A DNA stretch of 64,000 nt, from the IMG/VR virus record IMGVR_UViG_3300001533_000699; one strand, given 5' to 3'. The stretch comes from a virus. The notes beneath the pieces are model-generated. The model did not search any database. It was not told where the DNA came from and was given only the letters and a program-made list of their open reading frames with translations. The position numbers were made by a program, and so were the translations under genes. Shown piece by piece: positions 47,541 through 57,145 of this stretch (positions are counted from its first letter, which is position 1; each line of letters begins with the position of its first letter).

Positions 47541-48449
47541 ATGTCTATGGTTCACAGTCTAATTTCTGGCGATGGTACAATCTGTTTGGTAGTCGATGGT
47601 CGTCACCATACAGTAACAGCTACGCATCCAGCGTATCGTGAAATTCGAAGATTGATTACAACCCGACCACTCAACGAACAAGCATTATTGGACCTAATTG
47701 ATATTCCACAGTCAATTAACCATATTATGCAGGGAAGGGTGCGTGTCGATTTGGAGGCCGGTAAGGTTTGGTATAACGACACTGAATTTCATGACGAAGC
47801 GTTCTGTGGCCGTATCCTGCGGCTTATGGGGGAGGGGCAAGATGTTCAATATATGCTCAACTTCTTGAATAACCTTGGGCAAAACCCTGAATTTCGTGCT
47901 ATTATGGAAACCTTCAAGTTCATCTGTAATGAAGGCATGCCAATCACTCCAGATGGTTGTTTTCTTGGATATAAAGGTGTGCGCGAAGACTATTATGATG
48001 AATGGTCTGGGCAGATTGATAACACCCCCGATGGTCGTCGCGTTGATATACCAAGAGAAAATGTTTGTAATAACCCAAGTAATGGTTGTGCATCAGGACT
48101 ACACGTTGGTTCTTATAATTATGCTAAGGGTTGGGGCCATACTGTGGTATTGGTAAAGGTGAATCCGAAGGATGTCGTTAGCGTACCAAATCACGAATGT
48201 GAGAAGATGCGTGTATGCGGCTATTGGGTTATCAAGGAGTTTGGTCCTGGTAATTCTTCTCAACCTGCATTGCGGGGTGAAGTCTACGACTCGACCGGTA
48301 AACGGGTGCCTGGAAGTTTGTTTTCTGAACTTGGCCAGTTTGATAATGATGTCAACTCGCATTGGGATGAAGAAGAAGGTCGTACCTATAGTGAGTCATT
48401 GATTGATGATATGGATGACGACGATGATTGGGATTATGAAGACGACTAG
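47541..48449 (+). CDS. rIIB: rIIB-like protein
   Basis: PITPDGCFLGYKGV, C.SGLHVG...YA, VKVNPKDVVSVP and K.RVC.Y motifs. Confidence 0.88.
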   Translation: MSMVHSLISGDGTICLVVDGRHHTVTATHPAYREIRRLITTRPLNEQALLDLIDIPQSINHIMQGRVRVDLEAGKVWYNDTEFHDEAFCGRILRLMGEGQDVQYMLNFLNNLGQNPEFRAIMETFKFICNEGMPITPDGCFLGYKGVREDYYDEWSGQIDNTPDGRRVDIPRENVCNNPSNGCASGLHVGSYNYAKGWGHTVVLVKVNPKDVVSVPNHECEKMRVCGYWVIKEFGPGNSSQPALRGEVYDSTGKRVPGSLFSELGQFDNDVNSHWDEEEGRTYSESLIDDMDDDDDWDYEDD

Positions 48450-48538
48450 TGTTAGTGGTTAGTTCTTATGCCCCGACCACATCAACCGGTATGTGGTTGG
48501 GGCTATGTTTTATATAGAATAACTCAATAGGTGTTGTT

Positions 48539-49066
48539 ATGCCTCGTGGCTCAAAACTGTGTACATATTGTAATTTTGCTAACGGGCCAAGAAGTTGGGC
48601 GTGCTCTAATTGTGGCAAGGGGTTCGTTGTTAAGGGAGAGCGTAAGCCTGATATCAGTGTTACTGCCCAACAGGCTCAGTCTGATACGCCCGCAGAACAG
48701 ACTAAACAGCGTCTTTGGAGCTTGGTGGAGCGATACAATGGTTTGGATGACCAGCAGCTAAGGACTAAGTACGATATAGTTGGCCGAACTTGGCAATCTC
48801 TGTGTGGTTGCTACCGTATTCGTGAGAATAAGACATTTATGGGCGTGGATATGTCTAGTCATTATTCTAGATGTGTGTACCTACTAAAATTCTCAGAAGG
48901 CAGATGGGATATTGTAAGACCAAAAGGGAGATTCAAAACACCAATAGCGGCAATTAAAAGAATGATTATAGACAAAGACGGGGGTAAGCCTAAGGCGACT
49001 ACTCAACAAGAAAAGACAGAGCTACAGATAGCACAAAGGCTTAACAGAAAAACGAGTTACTCATGA
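48539..49066 (+). CDS. Zn-ribbon hypothetical protein
   Basis: MPRG.K.CxxC...GPR...CxxC. Confidence 0.65.
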   Translation: MPRGSKLCTYCNFANGPRSWACSNCGKGFVVKGERKPDISVTAQQAQSDTPAEQTKQRLWSLVERYNGLDDQQLRTKYDIVGRTWQSLCGCYRIRENKTFMGVDMSSHYSRCVYLLKFSEGRWDIVRPKGRFKTPIAAIKRMIIDKDGGKPKATTQQEKTELQIAQRLNRKTSYS

Positions 49067-49455
49067 CCAATAAACTAAAACCAAAACGGATAGAGGTAGA
49101 TTGTGTGTACGTATGCCCAGAATGCGGGTGCGAAACGTGGTATACTGTCCTTGAGTTGAAATACCGCAAGACATTAGAGTGTATTTGTGGTGTTAATACG
49201 CTTTTAGTCCCTGTACGTAATATTAACGTACAATACATTGGTGATGATGACGAAAAATTAAACAAGTCTGGCGAACATGAAGGGCCAGTAATACCGGTCA
49301 ATGATTTTGTATCTGCGCTTTCTAGACTAGGATGCCAAAAAACAGACGCTAAAAAACTAATAAAACAACTACAACCTAAATACAATGGTAATGACGGTGA
49401 TTTTATGAAACTTTTATTGCAGCATAGGTTGACAAATGCCACTATTGATGTATAA
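49063..49455 (+). CDS. Zn-ribbon plus RuvA-C-like helical protein
   Basis: CPECG..CICG; SAL..LG..K.DA. Confidence 0.6.
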   Translation: MTNKLKPKRIEVDCVYVCPECGCETWYTVLELKYRKTLECICGVNTLLVPVRNINVQYIGDDDEKLNKSGEHEGPVIPVNDFVSALSRLGCQKTDAKKLIKQLQPKYNGNDGDFMKLLLQHRLTNATIDV

Positions 49456-49492
49456 TATTTTGTCGTGAATAACGGATACAGGAACCAAAAAG

Positions 49493-51070
49493 ATGAATAA
49501 GAACATTTTTAACACTCAACTGAATAATGTACTGCCAGCAGACACTGTCAATGACGCTGGTGGTGTTGCGTACAATATGTCTAGTGCCGCCGCTTTAGCT
49601 CAATACGCAGTTACAGGTACATTTAATACAACTTATTATGTTAATGATAAACAACACCTACAACGTGTACAAAAACTAGCTCAAGAATGTAGTTCTGAGT
49701 TTTTGGCTAAGCTTGCTGTATATGCACGGCAAGAAGCTAAGATGAAGGATATGCCAGCGTATCTATTGGCTGTTCTTGCTGCCAGAAATGAACATAAACT
49801 ATTGCGTAAGATTTTCGATAGAGTATGCGACAATAGTAAAATGTTGTTTGGTTTTGTGAGTATTATTCGTTCTGGAGTAACCGGGCGACGTTCATTCGGT
49901 ACCGCTATCAAAAAAATGATTCAATCTTGGTTGACACAACAACATAATTGGTCACTATATCTCTCTAGTGTTGGTCATAGTAACCCATCTATGGCAGATG
50001 TAATCAAAATGGTGCACCCAAAGCCAACGAACGAGTATCAAGCGGCTATGTTTTCATATATACTAGGTAAAGAGTGTGATATTAGTAAACTTCCGTTAGC
50101 TGTTAGGCAACTAATCGTATGTAATGGCAACTTTGAAGGGGATATACCAGATGTGCCTTTTCGCGTATTGACAAACTATGATTTAAGCAAAGTGCATTGG
50201 CAACGAATAGCAACACGAATGCCTTGGAATACTTTACGACAATCATTAGTGTTGTTGGGTCGTCGCGGTGTATTTGACTCACAAGATACGGTAGAAAAAA
50301 TAGCACAGCGATTGTCTAATAAAAACGAAGTACTACAGAATAATGTATTTCCTTTTGAGTTGTTGGCAACCTGGAAAGCCACAAAGGATTGTATTCCAAT
50401 CGAAATCACAAATGCGCTATACGATGCCATGGATATTGCCACACACAAAGCGCCTCAATTCAATGGTAAGACTTTGGTCGCCATAGATACTTCGGGTTCT
50501 ATGCAGTGGGCATCATTGACCGGAGCGAGTAATAAGCCTTCTATCATAAGTGTTGTTGAAGCCGCTGCTCTTATTGCGTGTTCTATTTTGCGTAAGAATA
50601 AAACAACAAAACTTATTGGATTTGATTGTGCTCAAGTATTTAATTGTTATACATCAAACGGTATTTATGTTATGGATGATATCAGAGCACATGACAGCGT
50701 TTTTACGAATATGTCAAAGATGTATTTTAATGGTGGGGGAACAGATTGTTCGTTGCCATTCAAATACTTGCTTAGTGAAAATTTGAGAGTAGACAACATT
50801 ATAGTATTGTCAGATAATCAAAGTTGGTCTGGTACATATGGTCCTGGTTCAGCTTCATGTAATGCGTGGACACAATATAAGAAGAGTAACCCTAAGACAA
50901 GGCTTATGTGTGTAGACTTAACACCAAACCAAACAACCCAAGTACCTGACAATAAGGATGTCATAAATATTGGTGGCTGGAGTGACTCGATGTATGGTGT
51001 TATGAGCCAATTCTTCAACGAACATACAGTTGTTAACTTTGTGCAGACTATTAACAATACAGAAATATAA
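49493..51070 (+). CDS. rsr: Ro60/TROVE RNA-binding protein with vWA domain
   Basis: N.AGG.AY, TGTFN.TYY, MKDMP, HPKP; MIDAS DTSGSM, GGTD and SDNQSW motifs. Confidence 0.9.
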   Translation: MNKNIFNTQLNNVLPADTVNDAGGVAYNMSSAAALAQYAVTGTFNTTYYVNDKQHLQRVQKLAQECSSEFLAKLAVYARQEAKMKDMPAYLLAVLAARNEHKLLRKIFDRVCDNSKMLFGFVSIIRSGVTGRRSFGTAIKKMIQSWLTQQHNWSLYLSSVGHSNPSMADVIKMVHPKPTNEYQAAMFSYILGKECDISKLPLAVRQLIVCNGNFEGDIPDVPFRVLTNYDLSKVHWQRIATRMPWNTLRQSLVLLGRRGVFDSQDTVEKIAQRLSNKNEVLQNNVFPFELLATWKATKDCIPIEITNALYDAMDIATHKAPQFNGKTLVAIDTSGSMQWASLTGASNKPSIISVVEAAALIACSILRKNKTTKLIGFDCAQVFNCYTSNGIYVMDDIRAHDSVFTNMSKMYFNGGGTDCSLPFKYLLSENLRVDNIIVLSDNQSWSGTYGPGSASCNAWTQYKKSNPKTRLMCVDLTPNQTTQVPDNKDVINIGGWSDSMYGVMSQFFNEHTVVNFVQTINNTEI

Positions 51071-51753
51071 TGAAAAACTACTATTCATTTGCTGGTATGC
51101 AACGTGTTGGTAATCATGCAATTGTCAATTGGTGGATGAAACACTTTAGTTCGTGGTCGGTACGCAATAATATACTTGGACTGCGCTATAATGACCCAGC
51201 AGCACAAACTACAGATATCGGTAGTGATAATGTAGTACAAATTGATACATGGGAAAATTATGACCCTAATGATATCATTGTGTGTAGATTGAGCGAGCCA
51301 ATCATTGTCATTATAAGAGACCCGTATAATTGGTGGGCATCGTGGTTTCAATACACAATACCAAATCAAAATATTCAAGCCATAGACAGAGACAAAACTA
51401 TCGATTGGTATATAAGATATGTTGAATATGCGCGCAACACAAAACGTTGGATATCTTTTAATAATTGGTTTGCTGACACAGACTATAGACGTAGTTTGGA
51501 GCGTCAATATGGTCTGCAAGAATCTGACGCTGGTTTACAAGAACTAATGCGTAGTAATAATGAATTTATTGGTAATGGCAGTACCTTTGATAGAACACGT
51601 TATCACAAAAACGCACAACATATGAAGGTACTCACTAGATACCAAAAATTTTTAGCAGATGATAAATATCTTACACCATTACGCCAACATCTAGAATTGG
51701 CAGATATAGCCAGAGAATTGTTTAATATGGAACCGCCGAAAGGAATATATTGA
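51070..51753 (+). CDS. Sulfotransferase-like P-loop protein
   Basis: GMQRVGNHAI and IIRDPYNW.AS motifs. Confidence 0.6.
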   Translation: MKNYYSFAGMQRVGNHAIVNWWMKHFSSWSVRNNILGLRYNDPAAQTTDIGSDNVVQIDTWENYDPNDIIVCRLSEPIIVIIRDPYNWWASWFQYTIPNQNIQAIDRDKTIDWYIRYVEYARNTKRWISFNNWFADTDYRRSLERQYGLQESDAGLQELMRSNNEFIGNGSTFDRTRYHKNAQHMKVLTRYQKFLADDKYLTPLRQHLELADIARELFNMEPPKGIY

Positions 51754-52265
51754 TGACCAGTATACATGAACTAAAACGCAGAATTCAACGACTAGAACAC
51801 ATTACTAGAAGTACTGTAATCGGCATAGATTTTAAGCGACTCAACACTAATGCACAGCTTCCAATTAAAGCAGGACCAGAAGAAGCGTGTTACGATATTC
51901 ATTGTATAGCAGACGAGTCATTTTCTGACCAAGGAACCATATGTCTTTGTCCTGGTGACAGTCATGTATTTCATACTGGATTAGCATCATATATTCCTAG
52001 TGGATATGGTGTGTTTTTGTGGGATAGGAGCGGAATGGGGGCAAAACGCAACATTCACAGGCTTGCCGGTGTAATTGATAGTACTTACAGGGGAGAGTGG
52101 ATGGTTCCGTTGACCAATTTAGGAAAAAAAGAGCAATACATCAAAGCAGGTGATAGAATCATTCAAGCATATATAGCTGTGATATTGCCAAGCACTGTAC
52201 GGTGGGTCGATGAATTGCCAGAATCGTATCGTGGTGATAGTGGCTTAGGGTCTACTGGCGCTTGA
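51753..52265 (+). CDS. dut: dUTPase
   Basis: RSG, GVIDSTYRGE, GDRIIQ and RGDSGLGSTG motifs. Confidence 0.92.
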   Translation: MTSIHELKRRIQRLEHITRSTVIGIDFKRLNTNAQLPIKAGPEEACYDIHCIADESFSDQGTICLCPGDSHVFHTGLASYIPSGYGVFLWDRSGMGAKRNIHRLAGVIDSTYRGEWMVPLTNLGKKEQYIKAGDRIIQAYIAVILPSTVRWVDELPESYRGDSGLGSTGA

Positions 52266-52278
52266 AATAGGGCAAACA

Positions 52279-52833
52279 ATGATTAATAGATTAAATGGAA
52301 TGCGATGCTATCTGATTGGTGCTATGGACCGCACTGATGATGGTGGTGTACAGTGGCGTGAAGACATTAAAGAATTCCTACATACTAAAGGGGTAGTTGT
52401 ACTAGACCCATGTGACAAACCTATTGACATAGGACAAGAACATATAGAAGACAGAAGTGTGAGACAAACACTGAAAAAGTCTGGACAATATAACTCGCTA
52501 GCAAAAACGATGAAGACAATTCGTGTCATAGACTTACGTATGACAGACATGGCAGACTTCGTGATAGTTCACATTGACACAGACGTACATGCTTGTGGTA
52601 CATACGAAGAATTGTTTTGGGCAAACCGCTTGAAAAACCCTGTACTTATCGTTTGTAAGCAGGGAAAGGCTCAGTGTCCCGATTGGTTGTTCGGGGTCGT
52701 ACCGCACAGGCATATATTTGATAATTTTGAGCAGTTACGTGAGTATTTGGAGTATGTTGCACATAGTTATAGTGTATATCATATGCGTAGGTGGACTTTC
52801 TTTAACTACGAGAAATTAAAATGCCCTATATAA
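52279..52833 (+). CDS. Nucleoside 2-deoxyribosyltransferase-like protein
   Basis: YLIGAM....WR, DP, DL....AD and GT.EE motifs. Confidence 0.75.
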   Translation: MINRLNGMRCYLIGAMDRTDDGGVQWREDIKEFLHTKGVVVLDPCDKPIDIGQEHIEDRSVRQTLKKSGQYNSLAKTMKTIRVIDLRMTDMADFVIVHIDTDVHACGTYEELFWANRLKNPVLIVCKQGKAQCPDWLFGVVPHRHIFDNFEQLREYLEYVAHSYSVYHMRRWTFFNYEKLKCPI

Positions 52834-53129
52834 AACAAAAATTCAAAGATAAAATAGATGAATCAATACATGCTTTAGTCGATGATATTGAGCAGTGTTG
52901 TAAGGATGATGATAGAGACGCATTAAAAGGTGTGTTAAACTACACTATTACATCTATATTACTAGCAACATTTACAAAGCATGGAATAAGTTATTCTAAA
53001 TTTGCCGATGTTATTGGTACTCTAGAATGTTCAAAGCTAGAAATATATCGACGGGCAATAGCGTCATATGAAGACCGTTGTATACGCAACAACGGAGATA
53101 TAGAAGAGTTTATCCGCATGGGCCTGTAA
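52821..53129 (+). CDS. Hypothetical phage protein
   Basis: MPYIK, G.LNY.IT, G.LEC.KLE.YRR...YED....NGD; stop lies inside the tmRNA gene. Confidence 0.75.
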   Translation: MPYIKQKFKDKIDESIHALVDDIEQCCKDDDRDALKGVLNYTITSILLATFTKHGISYSKFADVIGTLECSKLEIYRRAIASYEDRCIRNNGDIEEFIRMGL

Positions 53130-53408
53130 GGTTTCGACGGGTTGTGAAAGTTTGTGACGGCATTCCGTGGTTCGTCTGATGGCCACGTAAAAATCAGACG
53201 AAAAAAGTAACTGGCACCTGCCATACTTTGGCTCTGTGCGCCTGAGCACAGGTTTCTACTTGTAGAAGCAGCTTAATCTTGTGCTACAACAAGAGCGTAT
53301 AAGCATTTGAGACAGTTTTGTTTGTTGTACAGCTTAACAACATACTATGAATGTAGATGTTACTTATAGAAGCAAAGCCGGACAACGGTTCAATTCCGTT
53401 CAGGTCCA
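53120..53408 (+). ncRNA. ssrA: tmRNA (~290 nt)
   Basis: GGGCCTG/CAGGTCC acceptor with G3.U, GGTTTCGAC, PK1 (CGTGG/CCACG and CGTCTGAT/ATCAGACG), TAACT before tag ORF GTCHTLALCA* at 53213-53245, and a T-arm. Confidence 0.9.
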
Positions 53409-53510
53409 CTGAATCTGATAAGGTGTATAATATAGAAGAAAGCCGATATCAACAAATGGTTTGAGCTTGTTCCTTTCTTTTTGTCTTAAAAATTACATAA
53501 GGAAGTATGA

Positions 53511-53852
53511 ATGAATACTAAATTAGCTAGGGCGATTATGGCCGCTGAAACAGCCAAAGCACAAGGCACACTAGACTTTAAGACGGCAACTTGGTTGGTT
53601 GCGGCGTGGGTAGCCTTCGCAGCAGAATCTGTTGTGCAATTAGCTAACCCTAATGAATACGTAGATAAGGCCGCTCTTACAGATATGTTAGAGACCAGTT
53701 GGAAACAACTTAGTGCTGTAATTGATGACATACCTATGAGTTTGTTTACTAACTTCATTTGGGTATCAGCACGTTCAAGAGTGCTATCTGTAATACCATC
53801 AGCCGTGGATTATTTGGCCACAGAACTAGATAAAGGAGAAAATCACTCATGA
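53511..53852 (+). CDS. Hypothetical protein
   Basis: First gene of a coupled membrane-protein cluster. Confidence 0.65.
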   Translation: MNTKLARAIMAAETAKAQGTLDFKTATWLVAAWVAFAAESVVQLANPNEYVDKAALTDMLETSWKQLSAVIDDIPMSLFTNFIWVSARSRVLSVIPSAVDYLATELDKGENHS

Positions 53853-54148
53853 ATTTGATTCAATTAAGCATTGTCATATTAGCAGCAGTGGGTGTTGTTA
53901 TGATGTTCGGTGACCAATTACTGGTGGTGTGGGATAAGGTTAAGTCGTTTTTTAAGTCCGCAGTACAACCTTCTCCATCGCCAGTGTCTGTAGAATTAGA
54001 CACTAACGATATGTTCAGTAAAATACGTCATCTTATTACTTTAGCAGAGCAAAGTGAAGCTGCTGGAGTAGATAAGGCTGGTGAATTACTACGTCAAGCT
54101 GCCGCTACTGCATTATTAGACAAGAAGGTTAGCGTAGTTAATGAATAA
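53849..54148 (+). CDS. Membrane-anchored protein
   Basis: N-terminal TM helix and Pro linker. Confidence 0.65.
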   Translation: MNLIQLSIVILAAVGVVMMFGDQLLVVWDKVKSFFKSAVQPSPSPVSVELDTNDMFSKIRHLITLAEQSEAAGVDKAGELLRQAAATALLDKKVSVVNE

Positions 54149-54449
54149 ACCATCTCATTATAGTAGTACTGATTTCAAATATGACTGTGCTACGATAGGT
54201 TTTATATTTGGTTTCTTGTGCGTATTCTTTAGTGAGGCTTTGTTTTCACTTGGATTCTTAACTACAGTAGGTATTCTATTAACCATAATGATGCCTTTAT
54301 CTGAAGTTCTTGGAAGTAATGATGCTGGTTGGTTAGCGCTGTTCATTATATATCCTTTAGCTATGTTCATCAACGGTGTTGTGTATGGTGGTATAGGATA
54401 TGGTATTGGTAAATTAATAACACTTTTTATAAAGGATAAAAACCCATGA
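54141..54449 (+). CDS. Multi-TM membrane protein
   Basis: Two to three TM helices. Confidence 0.55.
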   Translation: MNKPSHYSSTDFKYDCATIGFIFGFLCVFFSEALFSLGFLTTVGILLTIMMPLSEVLGSNDAGWLALFIIYPLAMFINGVVYGGIGYGIGKLITLFIKDKNP

Positions 54450-54853
54450 AGACAAAACAATTTATGGGGGTGATACTAGTTTTAGCTGCATTAGGTCTAT
54501 ACGGCGTAGACCAAGGCTATATAGTATTGCCGGATAGTATTACGCCAAAACCATCGCCACCATCTGTCTTATATGGTATTGTTATAGAAGAGACAAATGA
54601 GCGTACCCCTGAACAAAATATTGTACTGTCTTCGCCAATTGTAAGAGGACTGTTTGACAAACCAGAGCACTTTAGACCTATCGACCCAAACACAAAGGTA
54701 ACACCAGATTTACAGAAATTCAAGGATAAAGCTAAGGCTAGGGAGGGTGATGTTACATTATTCCTAATAGAACCTAATGGTACTATTCATTATGAGGGAG
54801 ACCTACCAAATACGGTTGAAGAATTTCAACGATTATTTAGGGAGATAAAATAA
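54446..54853 (+). CDS. Membrane-anchored protein, possible thioredoxin-like fold
   Basis: Signal/TM, Pro-rich linker, IEET..R.P...L motif. Confidence 0.6.
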   Translation: MKTKQFMGVILVLAALGLYGVDQGYIVLPDSITPKPSPPSVLYGIVIEETNERTPEQNIVLSSPIVRGLFDKPEHFRPIDPNTKVTPDLQKFKDKAKAREGDVTLFLIEPNGTIHYEGDLPNTVEEFQRLFREIK

Positions 54854-55584
54854 TGAATACATACGGCGTCATACCATCCGGCTATCGTACTGGTTGTTTG
54901 CCAAGAACCACCAAACCTGGAGAGTTTTGTCCATTATTTGGGTCGAGAATTCGGGTCATTCCACGTTCTGACTGGGCAACATACACAGGTAAAATCAGCC
55001 TGCGTCATTTTGTTAGAGAAATACTTAATCAGGGTCGTGTAGGTAGTTGTGCCAGCGAATCATCAACACAGTCGCTGATGATTATACGTGCATTTGCTGG
55101 TTTACCACATGTTAGTTTGAATCCTTATTTTGTATATAATACTGTTTGTGGCGGAAGAGACCAGGGCAGTACTATAGATAGTAATTTGAAGTTCTTACGT
55201 GAAGTAGGTGTCCCGCCAATATCTATATGGCCAAGAGATAAGGGGTGGCAAACTAGACCATCGGAAGAAGCAATAGAAGCCGCAAAGGATTTTCGTATTC
55301 TAGAGTTCTATGATATTAGCACTATAGAAGAAATGGTTACTGCGCTTTTCTTAGGATTTCCAGTGGTGTACGGTGCAAACGGTCATGCAGTCGTAAAGGT
55401 GGAACACCTAAATGACAGAGAAGGTTTAGATGTTAATAGTTGGGGTACTGACTGGGGCGACGGTGGTTTTGGCGTTTGGGTACCATACAGCACGATAGGC
55501 AGCAGTCTACGATATGGTGCGTTTGCCGTAAGAACTTCACTACAGAACGACAATCTATTTGATGTTGAAAGGGCGGCTATCTAA
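54853..55584 (+). CDS. Papain-like C1 cysteine peptidase
   Basis: NQGRVGSCA, GHAV and NSWG.DWGDGGF motifs. Confidence 0.88.
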   Translation: MNTYGVIPSGYRTGCLPRTTKPGEFCPLFGSRIRVIPRSDWATYTGKISLRHFVREILNQGRVGSCASESSTQSLMIIRAFAGLPHVSLNPYFVYNTVCGGRDQGSTIDSNLKFLREVGVPPISIWPRDKGWQTRPSEEAIEAAKDFRILEFYDISTIEEMVTALFLGFPVVYGANGHAVVKVEHLNDREGLDVNSWGTDWGDGGFGVWVPYSTIGSSLRYGAFAVRTSLQNDNLFDVERAAI

Positions 55585-55586
55585 TC

Positions 55587-55841
55587 ATGAGAAGGGTTGG
55601 TATAGCGTTTATCGTTATTGCTATAATTGTGTTTTTGTTTAATAAGCAGGCAAGTGCACCTAGACCACCAATACCGCCAGATAATGAAGAAGAACAAGTA
55701 GTAGATTTTGAAAAGTGGTTTCAACATCACCAACTAGAATGCGATATATGTGAACCTGGATGGCCACCACGCTTATGTACAGAAGCATGGAATAAACTTA
55801 ATGCTCAAAGACTCCACCAAAAGGAGATAGAAAATGAATAA
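55587..55841 (+). CDS. Membrane-anchored small protein
   Basis: TM helix; H..EC..C...C. Confidence 0.55.
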   Translation: MRRVGIAFIVIAIIVFLFNKQASAPRPPIPPDNEEEQVVDFEKWFQHHQLECDICEPGWPPRLCTEAWNKLNAQRLHQKEIENE

Positions 55842-56541
55842 AATATTAGGAGTTACGATATTGTTTGGTTTAGTGGTTCTGATGCTGTTTGGTCCTAGTC
55901 TTAGTTCAACACATGTAGGCGATACTCCAGACAACAACACCACACAAATAGACCTTGGTACACCACAAGTTGCTGAAGAACAACCAGAAACCTTGAATAC
56001 AACAGAGACTAAAGAAGTAGTTGCTTCTATTGGCAGTATTCGCGAGATTATAAGAAACGCACAAAATGAATTACGGTTCTTTGCTAAGGCTAGACTCGTA
56101 ACACAAGAGTGGTTTACTGCTATGGCAAAGCTTACAGCAGAAGATATGCCGCAGATACAATCACACACAAATGTTATTGAAAACCGTGAGTGGGTACCAC
56201 CTCATAAACAAGTAATTTTGGTGTTCTATCAAGACGACTACTATCAAGAACAACGAATGGTGCCACAAGCACAAAAGCTAATGGATGAAGGACACTATGT
56301 ATATAGAATTCCAGCACGACGCACAGACCTATATCATCAGTACGCGGTTACACAAACGCCGATGTGGTTGGTTGTGCGAGATAAAGAAGTAATTTACCGA
56401 CATACAAAACCACCAACCTTCCCTGCTTATGAAGAACAGGTAGATGTACCCGTTAATGTTCAGGAAACACAAATATATTACACTCCATCATCTATGCAAA
56501 AATACGTCCCGTCATCATGTGGTATCGGAGGATGCAGATGA
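55834..56541 (+). CDS. Secreted protein with thioredoxin-like domain lacking CxxC
   Basis: Signal peptide; L.F...M.P....L...Y.V..TP....RD..VI; ends CGIGGCR. Confidence 0.55.
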   Translation: MNKILGVTILFGLVVLMLFGPSLSSTHVGDTPDNNTTQIDLGTPQVAEEQPETLNTTETKEVVASIGSIREIIRNAQNELRFFAKARLVTQEWFTAMAKLTAEDMPQIQSHTNVIENREWVPPHKQVILVFYQDDYYQEQRMVPQAQKLMDEGHYVYRIPARRTDLYHQYAVTQTPMWLVVRDKEVIYRHTKPPTFPAYEEQVDVPVNVQETQIYYTPSSMQKYVPSSCGIGGCR

Positions 56542-56831
56542 ATCAACAACTTGTGGATTTGGTTACAGACTATGTGCAACGTAGGTCTTGGCGTGCGCGA
56601 AAATCAAATCATACTAGAAGAATAGTGCATATTGCGCTGTTTAATCTACAAAATGCCCAGCGTAATATACCTGTTGCTGAATTTGGACTACAGTCTTATA
56701 TAAAACATAAGGTACTAACACAACTCAAGACAACAGAATCATGGTATGTGGTGCAGTATATATTGTATTGGCTATTAGATGTTATAATAGAGTTAGTTAT
56801 TAAATGGTGGTTAAGTCAGCAGGAGAAGTAA
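56538..56831 (+). CDS. Hypothetical protein (similar to the next gene)
   Basis: C-terminal TM ending KWW. Confidence 0.55.
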   Translation: MNQQLVDLVTDYVQRRSWRARKSNHTRRIVHIALFNLQNAQRNIPVAEFGLQSYIKHKVLTQLKTTESWYVVQYILYWLLDVIIELVIKWWLSQQEK

Positions 56832-56833
56832 AA

Positions 56834-57145
56834 ATGAGCTTTGGTGATGTGGTAAAATCGGCTACAAACTACGTGTTAGAAAATTCATGGACTGCCAGAC
56901 ATAATAGCAAGCATGCCTCTCGTTTGGCAAACGCAGCTATCATGGAGATATATCTTATACCAGCTCATGAACGTAGACATATGAGTAAAAGTGATTTACG
57001 TGCTCATATCAAAGCTAAATTAAAGAAACGTAATGTTGGCAATCCAATAGTTATTACGTTGATTTTGCAAGTGTTAGTTGGTATCGTAGCTAAACTAATC
57101 GTAGATTGGTGGTGGAAAAATAAGAGAGATAATGTATGGCCATGA
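56834..57145 (+). CDS. Hypothetical protein
   Basis: C-terminal TM ending DWWW. Confidence 0.55.
   Translation: MSFGDVVKSATNYVLENSWTARHNSKHASRLANAAIMEIYLIPAHERRHMSKSDLRAHIKAKLKKRNVGNPIVITLILQVLVGIVAKLIVDWWWKNKRDNVWP

Noticed and set aside
49429-51070. Y RNA adjacent to Ro60
   Set aside because: Only a ~30-nt leader upstream and an overlapping CDS downstream, leaving no room.
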